Shown one piece after another: positions 37,137 through 50,624 of a stretch of 64,000 bases of DNA (position 1 is its first letter; every line of letters starts with the position of its first letter). The stretch comes from a bacterium. Lineage in GTDB: Bacteria; Patescibacteriota; WWE3; 2-01-FULL-39-13; JAACPI01. The notes under the pieces are model-generated. The model searched no databases and was not told where the DNA came from. It was given only the letters and a program-made list of their open reading frames with translations. Where the stretch lies: assembly GCA_009995545.1 (NCBI GenBank), contig JAACPI010000001.1:115698-179697 (forward strand). Direction: 5' to 3'. Both the position numbers and the translations under genes were made by a program.

Positions 37137-37914
37137 CTTTGAAGATTTTATAGCTAAGTCGGTGTATTTTACAAGGACCATTTAACTTTATGGATTCTAT
37201 ATGTTGTTTTGTTCCGTACCCAACGTGTACATTAAAACCATATTTTGGGTAGGGGGTATGAAAATCCGCCATTATTTTGTCTCTGCTAACTTTAGCAATT
37301 ATACTAGCAGCCGCGATACAAAAAGACCTAGAATCGCCTTTATCAAAGGATAAGTATTTAGCAGTAATGTTAGCAGTCATAGGGGTAGAAAGTTTTACTT
37401 TAGATATATCCAAATGGTCTGTAAGAATAAAGTGTCCCCCTTTAGTAATCATAGGTAGAGTATTAATCATACTTTTTATATTGGCCTTTTGTAATCCTAT
37501 TTTATCTATTTCGGTACTATCGACTATTCCCAATTTAAACTCCCCTATTTTGGTAAGAATTTTATAAAGTTTTTCGCGATTAAGTTTAGTAACCTTTTTG
37601 CTGTCGTTTAAAGTTACCAAGGTACTAATTATTTTTTCGTTTTCGGAAGTATTTATAGCTTCTTCTTCTAAGTCAGTTATTTGTTCTGTAACTTTAATAT
37701 CAAACTCAATCAGCTTTTTTAGTCTGTCTATGTTTTTAACAAACGATTTACTACTAGTATCTTTTTGTAGATTTTGTAATTGAGATAAGGTTTGATTAAG
37801 AAAACTAAAGGAGGTGGTGAATGATGCAGAAACAACAGGACCAGCTAAAGCTCCCCTACCTACTTCGTCAACTCCTGTTATCCGCATCTTGCTTAGCATA
37901 TTGATAAAATTCAA
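37105..37914 (-). CDS. rnhB: Ribonuclease HII with a large (about 80 aa) insertion after the first catalytic motif
   Basis: '[18 protein letters not shown]' and C-terminal 'AASIIAK…R…G.GY' RNase HII motifs. 269 aa against a typical size of about 200. Confidence 0.8.
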   Translation of the reverse strand: MNFINMLSKMRITGVDEVGRGALAGPVVSASFTTSFSFLNQTLSQLQNLQKDTSSKSFVKNIDRLKKLIEFDIKVTEQITDLEEEAINTSENEKIISTLVTLNDSKKVTKLNREKLYKILTKIGEFKLGIVDSTEIDKIGLQKANIKSMINTLPMITKGGHFILTDHLDISKVKLSTPMTANITAKYLSFDKGDSRSFCIAAASIIAKVSRDKIMADFHTPYPKYGFNVHVGYGTKQHIESIKLNGPCKIHRLSYKIFKDANNIARKSR

Positions 37915-38509
37915 AAATCAGTCTTAACGCTTCCGCGGGACTTTCATAAAGACTATTACCATTAAACTTTATTTGTTGGAAATTTCCTACTAGTGTTAAA
38001 ACTCTGTTGGATATAGCCATCCTAGAGTACATAATGTTATCTTTTTCAAAAGCACCCACTACTAGGTTGATTTGCCCAATCTTAGTCTCACATACCTTTT
38101 TAGATTCATTAGAGTTTATTTTAGAAAAGCTCATTTTTGGGTTAATTTCTTGAATTTTTAAAATGAAATTCTTTATAATTTCTTCTACAATACTTACTTC
38201 TTCCGCATTTATATCTAGGTTTGTAACGGAAAAAGATACGCCGTATCCTTCTCCCGCCCAAGGGGACTCTATATTTTGATAATTAAATTGTAAACCGTTC
38301 TCAGGGTTTATGATTATACACCATGAATCTTGGTTATTTAGTAATTGGAAAAATATACAGTCTTCAGTTTCGAAGGATCTAATATACGTCTCACGTTCGA
38401 GATCTTCTAGAAGTACTTCTCGTTTATAGCCATTATAATTATCTGGTTCGTGAGAGGTTTCAATCTCTAGTTTTTCCTCGTCCTTTGGACTTGGTTGTGT
38501 TTTACTCAT
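37868..38509 (-). CDS. Hypothetical protein (213 aa)
   Basis: ORF in the gyrA operon with coding-like composition and no recognisable domain. Confidence 0.45.
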   Translation of the reverse strand: MSKTQPSPKDEEKLEIETSHEPDNYNGYKREVLLEDLERETYIRSFETEDCIFFQLLNNQDSWCIIINPENGLQFNYQNIESPWAGEGYGVSFSVTNLDINAEEVSIVEEIIKNFILKIQEINPKMSFSKINSNESKKVCETKIGQINLVVGAFEKDNIMYSRMAISNRVLTLVGNFQQIKFNGNSLYESPAEALRLIFEFYQYAKQDADNRS

Positions 38510-41129
38510 CCAAATAAGTTACTGTGGACAGGTAGTCAGTTTTTCCTTTAAATTTCATTAATATAACGCCTTGTGTACTTCTTGAAAGTATAGGGACCTT
38601 TTTAATGGATATTCTAATAACTACACCCTCTGCGCTAGTTAGTAGCAGGTCGCCCTGGTTACTTACAATTAAACTATCAGTTAGATTTCCCGTCTTAGGT
38701 GTAATGTTAGTAGTTTTAACCCCTTTACCCCCTCTGGTTATCTTGCTGTACTCTGTAAGTCTAGTTTTTTTACCATAACCTTTTTCGCTTACAGTTAGGG
38801 TGTAAAGGTTTTCTTCGTCTTCAGGTTTAAATGTTTGTACCGAAATTACTTCATCGTCTTTTCCAAGTTTTATTCCTCTTACTCCCCCAGCAGATCGGCC
38901 CATTACTCTCACATCACTTTCATTAAATCTGATACTTTTACCCTGTCTTGTAGTTATAAGTATGTTTTGATTCCCACCTGTAAAATCCGTAGAAGCTAGG
39001 GTATCACCTTCTTTTAACCCAATGGCAATTATTCCATTTTGCCTTACATTTTGAAAATCTTCTAAAGGTGTTCTTTTTACTGACCCCTTTTTAGTAGTAA
39101 ATAACACATACTTGATTTCAGACTTAGTCTCTGGATCATAACTACAGAATTCAGTTACTGTTTCGTTACTCTTTAAATCTAAAAGGTTAATTACATTAGT
39201 ACCTTTAGACTGCCTTGAGCTTTCAGGTACATCCCAGGCGCGTTTTTTGTATGCCCTACCTAAATTGGTAAAAAACAACATCTCATCGTGTGTTGTAACG
39301 TAAGTTACACTTTTAATTTGGTCTGCCTCTTTTGTAGACATTCCTAATACTCCCTTACCTCCCCTGGTTTGTTTTTTGTAGGTACTTGGTTGAAGTCTTT
39401 TTATGTAGCCTGTTTTTGTTAAAGATATAATAGCCTCCTCTTTTGCTACTAGATCTTCCTCGTTTAAAATTCCTACTTTTCCAGCAACAATTTCTGTTTT
39501 TCTTTCATCACCGTAGTTCTTTTTTATTTCGGTAAGTTCATCTGTAATAATCGAAAGGATTTTTTCGGGGCTAGCAAGAATTGCTTTTAATTCGCCAGTT
39601 TTTCTTAAGACTTCTTTAAGCTCTTCTTCTATTTTTTCTCTTTCTAATTGAGCAAGTCTTCTTAGCTGCATATCTAAAATAGCTACAGCCTGCATTTCAC
39701 TAAAGCCAAATTTAGCCATTAAGCTTGTTTTTGCTTCTTCTGTGTCCTGGGATGCCCTTATTGTTTTAATTACTTCTTCAATATTATCTAAAGCTATTTT
39801 GTAACCTAAGAGTATGTGTTCTCTCTCTTGTAGTTTAGCCAAATTATATTCACTTCTTCTAATTATGATGTTTTGTCTATGTCTTACAAACTCCTCAAGA
39901 ATCATTTTTAGATTCATTACTCGGGGTTCGTTGTTTACTAGAGCTACAAAGTTAGAATTAAAGTTTGACTGAAGTTCTGTGTGTTTATAAAGTTTATTTA
40001 AAATCTTTTGAGGTCTAGCGCCCTGTTTAGTCTCGATTACTACTCTTATCCCAGTTCTATCACTTTCATCTCGTAAATCGGTAATGCCTTCAACTTTTTT
40101 ATCTCTTACTAGGTCAGCTATTTTACTTACTAGTCTTGCTTTGTTCACCTGATAAGGTAGTTCAGTAACAATAATGGCAAATTTTCCATTTTTAAGTTCT
40201 TCGATATTTGTTCTTGCTCTCGTAACTACTCTGCCTTTTCCTGTTGCGTACATCTGTAGTAGCTCTGTTTTATCATAAATAATTCCAGCAGTTGGAAAAT
40301 CCGGTCCTTGTACATGTTGTACTAGCTGTTCTATAGTAGCCTCACCATCAAATACAGGGATTTGTCTTTCTTCCATTATTTGCTCTCTTACTAAATAGGC
40401 GTCTTTATCCTCAAAAGGTACTCTTGCTTGTGGTAAAAGAATTTTATTCTCAATATCTGGTTTGTAGCTTTTAATTAAGGTAATTGTTGCATCTACAACT
40501 TCGTTTAAGTTATGTGGTGGCATACTTGTTGCCATCCCTACCGCTATCCCTTGGGCACCATTTAGTAATAAGTTTGGTACTACACTTGGTAAAAGAATAG
40601 GCTCTCGGTATTCTGCGGAGTAGTTATCCATAAAAACGACTGTTTCTTCGTTAATATTTTGCATTAACTCTAGTGATATTTTACTTAATTTGGCTTCGGT
40701 ATATCTCATTGCTGCAGCACTGTCGCCGTCAATTGAACCAAAGTTTCCCTGCCCATTAATAAGTGGGTATCTTAAAGAAAAAGGTTGGGCCATTCTAACC
40801 ATTGCATCGTACACAGAAACATTATCGTGCGGGTGGTACTTTGCTAAAACTTCTCCAACTATTTTTGCACATTTCTGATGCTTGCTGCTTGGAAGCGCCC
40901 CTATCTCTAAAGCCGCATATATTATTCTTCTTTGTACTGGCTTTAAACCATCTCTAGCATCGGGTAGGGCTCTAGCTACGATAACACTCATTGCATAGTC
41001 TAAGTAGGCCTTTTGCATTTCATCTACAATCTTTACGTCTCTTATTTTGTCATTCCCCTCCCCAACTGCGGAGTTTAAATCTTCAGCTTCGTTTGGTATT
41101 AATGAATCTACTGCATCTATGTTTTTCAT
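38502..41129 (-). CDS. gyrA: DNA gyrase subunit A
   Basis: '[17 protein letters not shown]' active-site region, and a GyrA C-terminal beta-pinwheel with repeated 'GGKG' motifs. 875 aa. Confidence 0.95.
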   Translation of the reverse strand: MKNIDAVDSLIPNEAEDLNSAVGEGNDKIRDVKIVDEMQKAYLDYAMSVIVARALPDARDGLKPVQRRIIYAALEIGALPSSKHQKCAKIVGEVLAKYHPHDNVSVYDAMVRMAQPFSLRYPLINGQGNFGSIDGDSAAAMRYTEAKLSKISLELMQNINEETVVFMDNYSAEYREPILLPSVVPNLLLNGAQGIAVGMATSMPPHNLNEVVDATITLIKSYKPDIENKILLPQARVPFEDKDAYLVREQIMEERQIPVFDGEATIEQLVQHVQGPDFPTAGIIYDKTELLQMYATGKGRVVTRARTNIEELKNGKFAIIVTELPYQVNKARLVSKIADLVRDKKVEGITDLRDESDRTGIRVVIETKQGARPQKILNKLYKHTELQSNFNSNFVALVNNEPRVMNLKMILEEFVRHRQNIIIRRSEYNLAKLQEREHILLGYKIALDNIEEVIKTIRASQDTEEAKTSLMAKFGFSEMQAVAILDMQLRRLAQLEREKIEEELKEVLRKTGELKAILASPEKILSIITDELTEIKKNYGDERKTEIVAGKVGILNEEDLVAKEEAIISLTKTGYIKRLQPSTYKKQTRGGKGVLGMSTKEADQIKSVTYVTTHDEMLFFTNLGRAYKKRAWDVPESSRQSKGTNVINLLDLKSNETVTEFCSYDPETKSEIKYVLFTTKKGSVKRTPLEDFQNVRQNGIIAIGLKEGDTLASTDFTGGNQNILITTRQGKSIRFNESDVRVMGRSAGGVRGIKLGKDDEVISVQTFKPEDEENLYTLTVSEKGYGKKTRLTEYSKITRGGKGVKTTNITPKTGNLTDSLIVSNQGDLLLTSAEGVVIRISIKKVPILSRSTQGVILMKFKGKTDYLSTVTYLDE

Positions 41130-41132
41130 ATG

Positions 41133-41681
41133 TTAGTTAAGTTTAAACTTTTCATTATAATCTTCCATTGATTTCAAAATATGTATATAGGCCTCTTTAG
41201 GACCTAAAAAATTTCCTACAGTAACGCTCTGTGGTCCTGTTTGAGCGTGTTTGTATATTTCAAAAAAATGTTGCATATCTTTAAGTCTCCAAGGCGGTAA
41301 ATCGTCTAATGATTTAACATGGTCGTATCTAGGATCCACATTATTTACGGTAATTATTTTATGATCTTTTTGCCCGTTATCCACCATTTCCATCATACCT
41401 ACTACCCGCCCTGCAACCATGGATCCAGGAATTAGATTTCCCGTGGTAAATAATACCGCGTCTAAAGGGTCGTTATCGTGTTTGTTCCAAGTTCTGGGGA
41501 CATCACAATAGATTACTGGATAGTGAACAGGGCCGTGTAAGACTCTATCTACTTCTAGTATCCCATACTCCTCTCTGTACTCATACTTAATAAAGTCTCC
41601 TTTTTGTATTTCTACTACAAGATTTAAAATTTTAGGAGCTTGCTCTTGTGGGATAATGTGAAAATGTGTTCTTAATTCCAT
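41133..41681 (-). CDS. ppa: Family I inorganic pyrophosphatase
   Basis: 'DPLDAVLF', 'MVDNGQKDHKII' and 'DHVKSLDDL' PPase signatures. Confidence 0.85.
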   Translation of the reverse strand: MELRTHFHIIPQEQAPKILNLVVEIQKGDFIKYEYREEYGILEVDRVLHGPVHYPVIYCDVPRTWNKHDNDPLDAVLFTTGNLIPGSMVAGRVVGMMEMVDNGQKDHKIITVNNVDPRYDHVKSLDDLPPWRLKDMQHFFEIYKHAQTGPQSVTVGNFLGPKEAYIHILKSMEDYNEKFKLN

Positions 41682-41685
41682 CGTT

Positions 41686-43023
41686 CTAAATCTTAATTAA
41701 TATCAAGGCTACCGAAAGAGCCGTTAGTAAGTTTAACAAAATAATCTCTAAATATGTATATCCTACGTCTTTTTTAATTATTTCTTTGGAGAAAGTTCTT
41801 AGGCTGAAATTATTTTTTATGTAAATAAAGCTGATTATGCCAAATAAAAAGGATCCTAAGGATTCTAATTTTCCAGTATCCAGTATAAAAAATAGTAACA
41901 TGGCACAAGAAGCAATAGATACAACGCTAAAAACACCTACCAAACCTTTTTTAATCAGTCTTGATTGTAAAGTTTCTCTTATATCTTGTATTAAATAAAC
42001 TGTAAAAATTCCTGCTATGAGCATTATTAAGTAATCTAAATCTGCAATATTTAGTTTTGTAATTAAACCCCCTGCAGAGAGTGTAAACAGAGCCCCTAAA
42101 AATAAAAACAGATTAGTACTAAAAGATTTCAAATTTAAAAGCCTTGTTGTTAAGTCGTGAAACCTGTCTCTTTTTTCAAAATAAAAAGCATAAAAACTGA
42201 CTACACCAAGAGTTGAGAATAGAATTCCTATATACTTACTAATATTCCAGGGGTAATAAAAAACTAATATTAGAGGGGCAAGTGTGTAAGCAAGTGTGGT
42301 AATAGTTCTTCTGAATCTGAAGTCTTTATTAGAATTCAAGTAGCTAACTACACTTATTATAAGTATTCCCATAAACCCTGTTATATAAGGAAGAATTATA
42401 TTTAGTGATCCTACCTCTAAAAAGGGTTGATATAAAAGTGTCGAGGCAGCTAATATTGTGGTAATAATTACTAAATTAGAGTATGTTACTAAATCTAACT
42501 TTTTATGAAATTTAGATATTACGGTTTGGGATAACCAAACAACTAAAACCAACGTGCTTGTAAATAGTATTACTTTCCAGTCATCCAGTTTGTTTTGTCC
42601 CCTTGTGTCGGCAATTATTTGACTATAGTAAAAATAAAAACTGTATAAAACTTGTATTACAAAGATATTTTTCAAAACGAATGCGCTAAGCTTAAGATTG
42701 TTCGTGTACTCTAGCTCTTCACTTTTAACCAATTTATAATTAACTACTAAATATCCTGCAAAGCTCGTACCTAAAAGTACCCCTGCGAGTTTATGCATGC
42801 CAAAATCATAAAAACCCGAAAAAAATATTATTGGGTATAAGAGGGCGTATAAAAAAGGGTGCTCTTCAAAAGTTTTGTACAGTAAAACTAGTAATATAAT
42901 TAGAACATAAGCTATTGCAAAGAAATTTGCCGTTACGCTTCCCGCAAATATATAGATATAAAAATAGAAAAATAATAAAGCATATGTAATTTCGCTTTTT
43001 AATATCTTTTTAACTAAGTTCAT
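41686..43023 (-). CDS. Large polytopic membrane protein (445 aa), hypothetical, between gyrB and ppa
   Basis: At least 10 hydrophobic helices and no recognisable motifs. Confidence 0.5.
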   Translation of the reverse strand: MNLVKKILKSEITYALLFFYFYIYIFAGSVTANFFAIAYVLIILLVLLYKTFEEHPFLYALLYPIIFFSGFYDFGMHKLAGVLLGTSFAGYLVVNYKLVKSEELEYTNNLKLSAFVLKNIFVIQVLYSFYFYYSQIIADTRGQNKLDDWKVILFTSTLVLVVWLSQTVISKFHKKLDLVTYSNLVIITTILAASTLLYQPFLEVGSLNIILPYITGFMGILIISVVSYLNSNKDFRFRRTITTLAYTLAPLILVFYYPWNISKYIGILFSTLGVVSFYAFYFEKRDRFHDLTTRLLNLKSFSTNLFLFLGALFTLSAGGLITKLNIADLDYLIMLIAGIFTVYLIQDIRETLQSRLIKKGLVGVFSVVSIASCAMLLFFILDTGKLESLGSFLFGIISFIYIKNNFSLRTFSKEIIKKDVGYTYLEIILLNLLTALSVALILIKI

Positions 43024-43026
43024 ATT

Positions 43027-44946
<1,920 letters not shown>

Positions 44947-45043
44947 TTAAGAGTTTAGGCGGTATTTATAAAATTCAGTAATTTTGCTTCTGTTTAGACG
45001 TATCTGATTATATCATAAAGAAACAGTGTTTCCATCTATACTT

Positions 45044-45670
45044 TTAAAGTAAATCTAAAAATAAGTTAGTTAATTGAATATCTTTATTTAAAGTTATACC
45101 ACTTAATAACCGCTTTTTAAGTAGCATAATTTTTTTTGCAGATTTTGTGTAATTCTTAGGTTTATTTTCTTTAAGGTATGTTTCTAGACTGTTTATAAAC
45201 TCATTAACATTTTCCTTTTTTACATCCCATACTTTACTAACTTGTTTATCTTTAATTATCAAACCGATATTCTCCATACGTTTCTTGTTAACACTTTCAG
45301 TACTTATTAAAGTACTCACAACTACTCTTGAGAGTGTTGTAGGTAAAATATTTGCTATAGAGTTGGCGTGAAGTAAAATCTTTACCCTACCCTCCTCTAG
45401 TGTTTTTAAAAGCATGTTTTGTATTCTCTCACCTACTCTATCGTAATTATAAAAACAAATGTACTTGGAATTAAGGGTATTGGGTTTTAATGAAGTTTCC
45501 GATAAAAGAGTTCTAACTTCTTTTGTGGATAAAATAGTATCTCCCCTATTGCAGTTAATAATATCTATGTTGTTCAAAATATTTATGGGTGTACCTTCAA
45601 CCTCAGAGATGTATTTTGCAAGGTGATTTTCGGCATTTTTTTCGTTATTACCTATAATTAAAATAGACAT
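45044..45670 (-). CDS. DNA polymerase III delta-prime (HolB)-like clamp-loader subunit, degenerate (no P-loop)
   Basis: 'NMLLKTLEEGRVKILLHANSIANILPTTLSRV' resembles the clamp-loader sensor-2/lid 'NALLKTLEEP…LPTIRSR' region. Confidence 0.4.
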   Translation of the reverse strand: MSILIIGNNEKNAENHLAKYISEVEGTPINILNNIDIINCNRGDTILSTKEVRTLLSETSLKPNTLNSKYICFYNYDRVGERIQNMLLKTLEEGRVKILLHANSIANILPTTLSRVVVSTLISTESVNKKRMENIGLIIKDKQVSKVWDVKKENVNEFINSLETYLKENKPKNYTKSAKKIMLLKKRLLSGITLNKDIQLTNLFLDLL

Positions 45671-45871
45671 TATTATCAGAATAATTTTAGAGACTTTTTA
45701 ATAAAATTGAAATACATTTATCTTACAGTTATAGTTATATTAGTATAAAAGAAATAAACACTATATGTTTAGGTGTAGTTTTTTTGTATTTAATATAAAA
45801 TATCATTAAGTTGCCCATACGTATAACATCGAGATAAATAATTTTTTTAAACATTTGTATCTTCTGCCCAA

Positions 45872-47713
45872 ATGACAACGAGTAAAGACATAGCTGAAAT
45901 ACTATTTGACCAAAATAAACTGGATAAAGACCAGTTAAACGCGATTAGAATAGAAAGTGTTAATACAGGTAAAAGTGTAGAAAATATTTTGCAGGAGCGT
46001 AATTTGGTAACCAGTGATGACTTGATAAAAGCTAAAAGCTTCCTGAACGGTTTTGAATACTTTGATCCTAGTCTTAGTACAATACCCAATGAGATTTTAG
46101 ACTTAGTTTCTGAATCTATTGCTAAAAAGAGTCTTTTAATCCCCTTTGATAATAAGAATGGTGTTTTAAGTTTGGCCATGGTGGACCCTTTAGACCTTCC
46201 CACTATAGAATTAATTGAAAGAAGAAGTTCGTTGAGAGTTAAGCCTTTTATGGCATCCTCAGATAGTGTTCAAAAAGCGATTGCATCCCAGTACGGAAAA
46301 AGTATCGGAAAAGATGTTTCTGAAGCCTTAGGTGCCGAGGATGATTCTGCAACTAAACTTGAAGAAAACTTAAAAGACGTTGGCGACGCTGATAAAATAG
46401 TACAGGATTCCTCCGTAGCAAGGGTTGTAAGTATTATTTTGGAGTACGCTGTTAAGGTGGGTGCTTCGGATGTTCATATAGAACCTGGAGAAACATCTAC
46501 ACGTGTCAGGTATAGAGTTGACGGAATTTTACAAGAAAAGCTTTCTAAAATACCTAGAGAAAGTCATGATTCTTTGGTTGCTAGAATTAAAATTTTAGCA
46601 AATTTAAAGATTGACGAAAAAAGAAAACCACAAGACGGTAGGTTTAAAATTGAAATGGCTGGAGAAAAAGTGGATTTGCGAATTTCTATTATCCCCACAG
46701 TCAATGGCGAAAAAGTTGTTATTAGGCTATTAAAAGACCAGGGTAATGTAGTAAAACTTAAAGACTTGGGTCTTAGAGGTGCGGCTCTTAGAAACTTTGA
46801 TAGCAGTCTTTTAAAACCTAACGGAATAATTTTAGTTACTGGGCCAACTGGGTCAGGTAAAACTTTGACGTTGGCAACAGCCCTCAGAAAACTTAATTCA
46901 GTACGTGTAAATATTATGACCTTAGAAGATCCTGTTGAAATTAGAGTACCTGGAATAAATCAAATCCAAATAAACCCTGACGCTGGTTTGACTTTTGCCT
47001 CAGGTCTTAGGTCATTTTTAAGACAAGATCCTAACGTAATAATGGTGGGAGAAATTCGAGATAGTGAAACAGCTAACTTAGCTGTGCAAGCTGCCTTAAC
47101 GGGTCACTTAGTTTTAGCAACTTTACATACGAATTCTGCCGCAGGTTCTATACCTCGGCTTTTAGATATGAAGGTTGAAAACTTTTTGCTTTCCTCCACT
47201 ATTAATACAGTTTTAGCTCAAAGGCTTGTGCGTAATCTTTGCCCCTATTGTAAAGTTAGGTACGATGCCCCCGAGGGTACGGTTAAAGATATACAAGAGG
47301 TTTTGGGTAAGTTTTATTCCACCGAACTTATAAAAATCAATGCAAGTGTTCCCCTGCCACAAGAAAAGACTTCAACTGCTCAAGAACAGGAATCAAAGGC
47401 GTTCGATGAGAAAATTAGTGAGCTCAATCTAGAGAATGCGGATACAAAATCTACAGAAAATAAAATAAATTTGTATAGGGGCGAGGGCTGTGATAGGTGT
47501 AATAAAGTTGGTTACCTGGGTCGTGTCGGTATTTACGAGGTTTTAAACGTAACTGATAAAATTTCCTCAATGATTGCAGGAGATATTACTACCCAAGATT
47601 TGGAAAAAGAGGCTATAGCAGGTGGGATGATGACTTTAAAACAAGATGGATTTATAAAAGCCTTAGAGGGTATCACTAGTCTAGAAGAGGTTCTAAGAGT
47701 GGCTAGTGAGTAG
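45872..47713 (+). CDS. pilB: Type IV pilus assembly ATPase PilB (GspE family)
   Basis: N-terminal GSPII_E_N domain, Walker A 'GPTGSGKTLTLA', and a tetracysteine motif 'CPYCK…CDRCN'. Confidence 0.9.
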   Translation: MTTSKDIAEILFDQNKLDKDQLNAIRIESVNTGKSVENILQERNLVTSDDLIKAKSFLNGFEYFDPSLSTIPNEILDLVSESIAKKSLLIPFDNKNGVLSLAMVDPLDLPTIELIERRSSLRVKPFMASSDSVQKAIASQYGKSIGKDVSEALGAEDDSATKLEENLKDVGDADKIVQDSSVARVVSIILEYAVKVGASDVHIEPGETSTRVRYRVDGILQEKLSKIPRESHDSLVARIKILANLKIDEKRKPQDGRFKIEMAGEKVDLRISIIPTVNGEKVVIRLLKDQGNVVKLKDLGLRGAALRNFDSSLLKPNGIILVTGPTGSGKTLTLATALRKLNSVRVNIMTLEDPVEIRVPGINQIQINPDAGLTFASGLRSFLRQDPNVIMVGEIRDSETANLAVQAALTGHLVLATLHTNSAAGSIPRLLDMKVENFLLSSTINTVLAQRLVRNLCPYCKVRYDAPEGTVKDIQEVLGKFYSTELIKINASVPLPQEKTSTAQEQESKAFDEKISELNLENADTKSTENKINLYRGEGCDRCNKVGYLGRVGIYEVLNVTDKISSMIAGDITTQDLEKEAIAGGMMTLKQDGFIKALEGITSLEEVLRVASE

Positions 47714-47790
47714 TTTTATTACGTTGAACTTAGAAAGTCATTCAAAGAGAGATTAAATAGTATATAATTTAAACATAAATTTAACTGCCC

Positions 47791-48861
47791 ATGGAAATAA
47801 ATCTTAAAGAACTTCTTCAAAATATCGTTGATCGTAATTCTTCTGACTTGCATTTAACAGTTGGTTTGCCCCCCATGATGAGGATAGACCGAGCCTTACA
47901 GCCGGTCCCAGGGTTTGCTAGTTTAACTAATGCAGACGTTGAAAGTTTAGTTTATCCTATATTAAATGACATCCAGACTAACCAATTAAAAACAGAGCGT
48001 GAATTGGATTTTAGTTTTTCTCATGGAGAAAAAGCTAGGTTTAGAGGTAACGCCTTTCATCAAAAAGGGTTTTTATCTGCCGCGTATAGAATGATCCCTT
48101 ACACAGTCCCTACTTTGGACCAACTAAATCTTCCATCCAAAGTTGCTGAATTTTGTAAATTACCCCGCGGGTTTGTTTTGGTTACTGGAGCTACAAGCCA
48201 GGGTAAGTCTACAACTTTGGCCTCCATGATTGATCACATAAATACATATCAAGCTAAGCACATAATTACAATCGAGGATCCAATTGAATATGTTTTTAAA
48301 AACAATAAAAGTATTATTCAACAAAGAGAACTTTTTCAAGACACTATGTCTTGGGCTAGAGCCCTAAAGTCAGTTTTAAGAGAAGACCCTGATGTTGTTT
48401 TGGTTGGTGAAATGCGTGATTACGAAACAATTAGTAATACTGTAACAATAGCTGAAACAGGCCATTTGGTCTTTGCCACTTTACACACAAACTCAGCCGC
48501 CCAGTCTGTAAATCGTTTAATAGACGTTTTTCCAGATATTCAGCAAGCCCAGGTTAGAACTCAACTTGCGGACTGTTTACAGGCCATTTTGTCGCAAAGG
48601 TTAGTTCCTGCTGCTGGGGGTGGCATGGTACCCGCTGTAGAAGTTTTAATTGCTAATAGTGCAGTTCGGAACACTATTAGAGAGGGTAAAACCCATATGC
48701 TAGATAATATTATTAATACCAACTTAGACTCTGGAATGATAAGTTTAGAAAGATCCCTTGCCGATTTAGTTAACACTGGTAAAGTAACTTTAGATACAGC
48801 CCTAGGTCAAACTTTAAAACCAGACGAACTAAAAAGATTAGTTAGAAATACTACTAGATAA
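47791..48861 (+). CDS. pilT: Type IV pilus retraction ATPase PilT
   Basis: 'VLVTGATSQGKSTTLASMIDHIN', 'VGEMRD', 'ATLHTNSAAQSVNRLIDVF'. Confidence 0.9.
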   Translation: MEINLKELLQNIVDRNSSDLHLTVGLPPMMRIDRALQPVPGFASLTNADVESLVYPILNDIQTNQLKTERELDFSFSHGEKARFRGNAFHQKGFLSAAYRMIPYTVPTLDQLNLPSKVAEFCKLPRGFVLVTGATSQGKSTTLASMIDHINTYQAKHIITIEDPIEYVFKNNKSIIQQRELFQDTMSWARALKSVLREDPDVVLVGEMRDYETISNTVTIAETGHLVFATLHTNSAAQSVNRLIDVFPDIQQAQVRTQLADCLQAILSQRLVPAAGGGMVPAVEVLIANSAVRNTIREGKTHMLDNIINTNLDSGMISLERSLADLVNTGKVTLDTALGQTLKPDELKRLVRNTTR

Positions 48862-48868
48862 TAGATAA

Positions 48869-50074
48869 ATGCCTAAATACTCTTACAAAGCAAAGAACGG
48901 AACTGGACAAGATGTTGGTGGTGTAGTTGAGGCTGACTCTCAAAATATTGCAGTTTCCCTTTTAAAAGATCGGGGTTACATAGTTTACTCTTTACGACCC
49001 TATAAAAAAGAACTAACTGTGGAGTCCCTTCTATCCTTTAGAGGAGTTTCGGATACCGATAAAGTAAATTTTACCCAAAGTTTAGCCAGTATGACCAAGG
49101 CAGGATTGCCTTTAGCCAGTGCCCTAGAAATACTGACAGACCAGTCTAAAAACCCTAAAATGCGTGAGGTAGTACAAACGGCTCTTACTGATGTTGAGGC
49201 GGGTATGCCTTTATCTCAGTCATTAGCCAAATACCCGGACGTGTTTCAAGAAAATATAGTTTCATTAATTCAAGCCGGGGAGGCTTCCGGAAAAATCGCA
49301 GAGGTTTTGGAACGTCTTTCTTATACTTTAGAAAAACGTAGGGAGTTTACCGCTAAGGTTAAGGGAGCAATGATTTACCCTGTTATTATAATGATTGCAA
49401 TGAGTGCAGTTTTTTTGGTAATTGTAGTTTTTGTTATTCCAAAACTTGTTGATATGTACTCTAGTTTTGGAGTCGAGTTACCCTGGGCCACAAAAGCAAT
49501 GATATGGTTTTCCAACTTTATTAAAACAAAATGGTATTTAGTTTTGGCAATTATAGCGGGGTCGGTATACGGTTTTAAAACCTATGCTAAAACTACCAGT
49601 GGAGCACATAATTTAGGAAGGATGACCTTAAAAATACCTGTTTTCGGTTCAATTATGATTAAGCGTGATTTAACAGAGTTTACCAGATCGCTCTCCTTAC
49701 TTGTTTCAAGTGGTGTTGCTATTATTGATGCCTTATCTATATCTAGAGATTCTGTAGGCAATATTTTATTTAAAGAGGATATTTCAAGGTTTGTGGATGC
49801 TGTAAAAAGCGGAGGGTCTCTTTCGGATGCTATTAAGAAAAGTAGCAACTTTCCTCCAATTGTTTCTAAACTTATTAGAGTTGGTGAGGAGACCGGTACT
49901 ACGGATGATAGCTTAACTAATATTAGTAACTATTATGAAAAAGAAGTAGACACTTTAGTTAAAAACCTTTCAACTGCACTAGAACCCATGATTATGGTGG
50001 TTTTAGGGGTAATGGTTGGTGGTTTAATTGTTTCGGTAATTACCCCTATCTACAAATTAATGAGTCAATTCTAG
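48869..50074 (+). CDS. pilC: Type IV pilus platform protein PilC (GspF family)
   Basis: Duplicated GspF domains with three TM helices; 401 aa. Confidence 0.9.
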   Translation: MPKYSYKAKNGTGQDVGGVVEADSQNIAVSLLKDRGYIVYSLRPYKKELTVESLLSFRGVSDTDKVNFTQSLASMTKAGLPLASALEILTDQSKNPKMREVVQTALTDVEAGMPLSQSLAKYPDVFQENIVSLIQAGEASGKIAEVLERLSYTLEKRREFTAKVKGAMIYPVIIMIAMSAVFLVIVVFVIPKLVDMYSSFGVELPWATKAMIWFSNFIKTKWYLVLAIIAGSVYGFKTYAKTTSGAHNLGRMTLKIPVFGSIMIKRDLTEFTRSLSLLVSSGVAIIDALSISRDSVGNILFKEDISRFVDAVKSGGSLSDAIKKSSNFPPIVSKLIRVGEETGTTDDSLTNISNYYEKEVDTLVKNLSTALEPMIMVVLGVMVGGLIVSVITPIYKLMSQF

Positions 50075-50104
50075 TTATAATATGACTACAAGGAGGTGGT
50101 ATTT

Positions 50105-50611
50105 ATGAATAACAAAGCAAAAGCTTTTACTCTTATTGAACTTTTAGTTGTTTTAGCTATTGTTACTGTACTAGCCTTAGTATTCACTGTGGCCCTTAAT
50201 CCTTTTAAGAGGATTCAAGAATCTAGAGATAGTAAAAGACAAGCCGATTTACAGAGCGTTAGATCTGCTTTAGACATAGCTTTAACTGACGGAACTATAA
50301 CTTTAACTGGAACTGAGCTATCCCCCACTACTGGAAACTCTAAAACTGATACACGTGTTGCAGATGGTACCGGTTGGGTTAAATACACATTAATTGCCGA
50401 GAGTGGTTTAGCCGAACAAATTTCTATATTGCCTGAGGACCCACTTGGTAATAGTGCACCTTGTAACGGTTACGAATTTTCTTCTGATGGAACTTACTAC
50501 GAACTAAAAACTTGTTTTGAGACCACTAAGTATCAAGGATATTACACTACAGATGGTGGGAATAACGCAGATCGATGGGAACTCGGTAGCAAACCTGGTT
50601 TAACATTGTAA
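50105..50611 (+). CDS. Type IV pilin (likely major pilin); prepilin with Ala at -1
   Basis: 'MNNKAKA|FTLIELLVVLAIV' class-III signal with Glu at +5. Followed by a strong terminator; located between pilC and pilD. Confidence 0.75.
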   Translation: MNNKAKAFTLIELLVVLAIVTVLALVFTVALNPFKRIQESRDSKRQADLQSVRSALDIALTDGTITLTGTELSPTTGNSKTDTRVADGTGWVKYTLIAESGLAEQISILPEDPLGNSAPCNGYEFSSDGTYYELKTCFETTKYQGYYTTDGGNNADRWELGSKPGLTL

Positions 50612-50624
50612 ATTTATTATTTTT

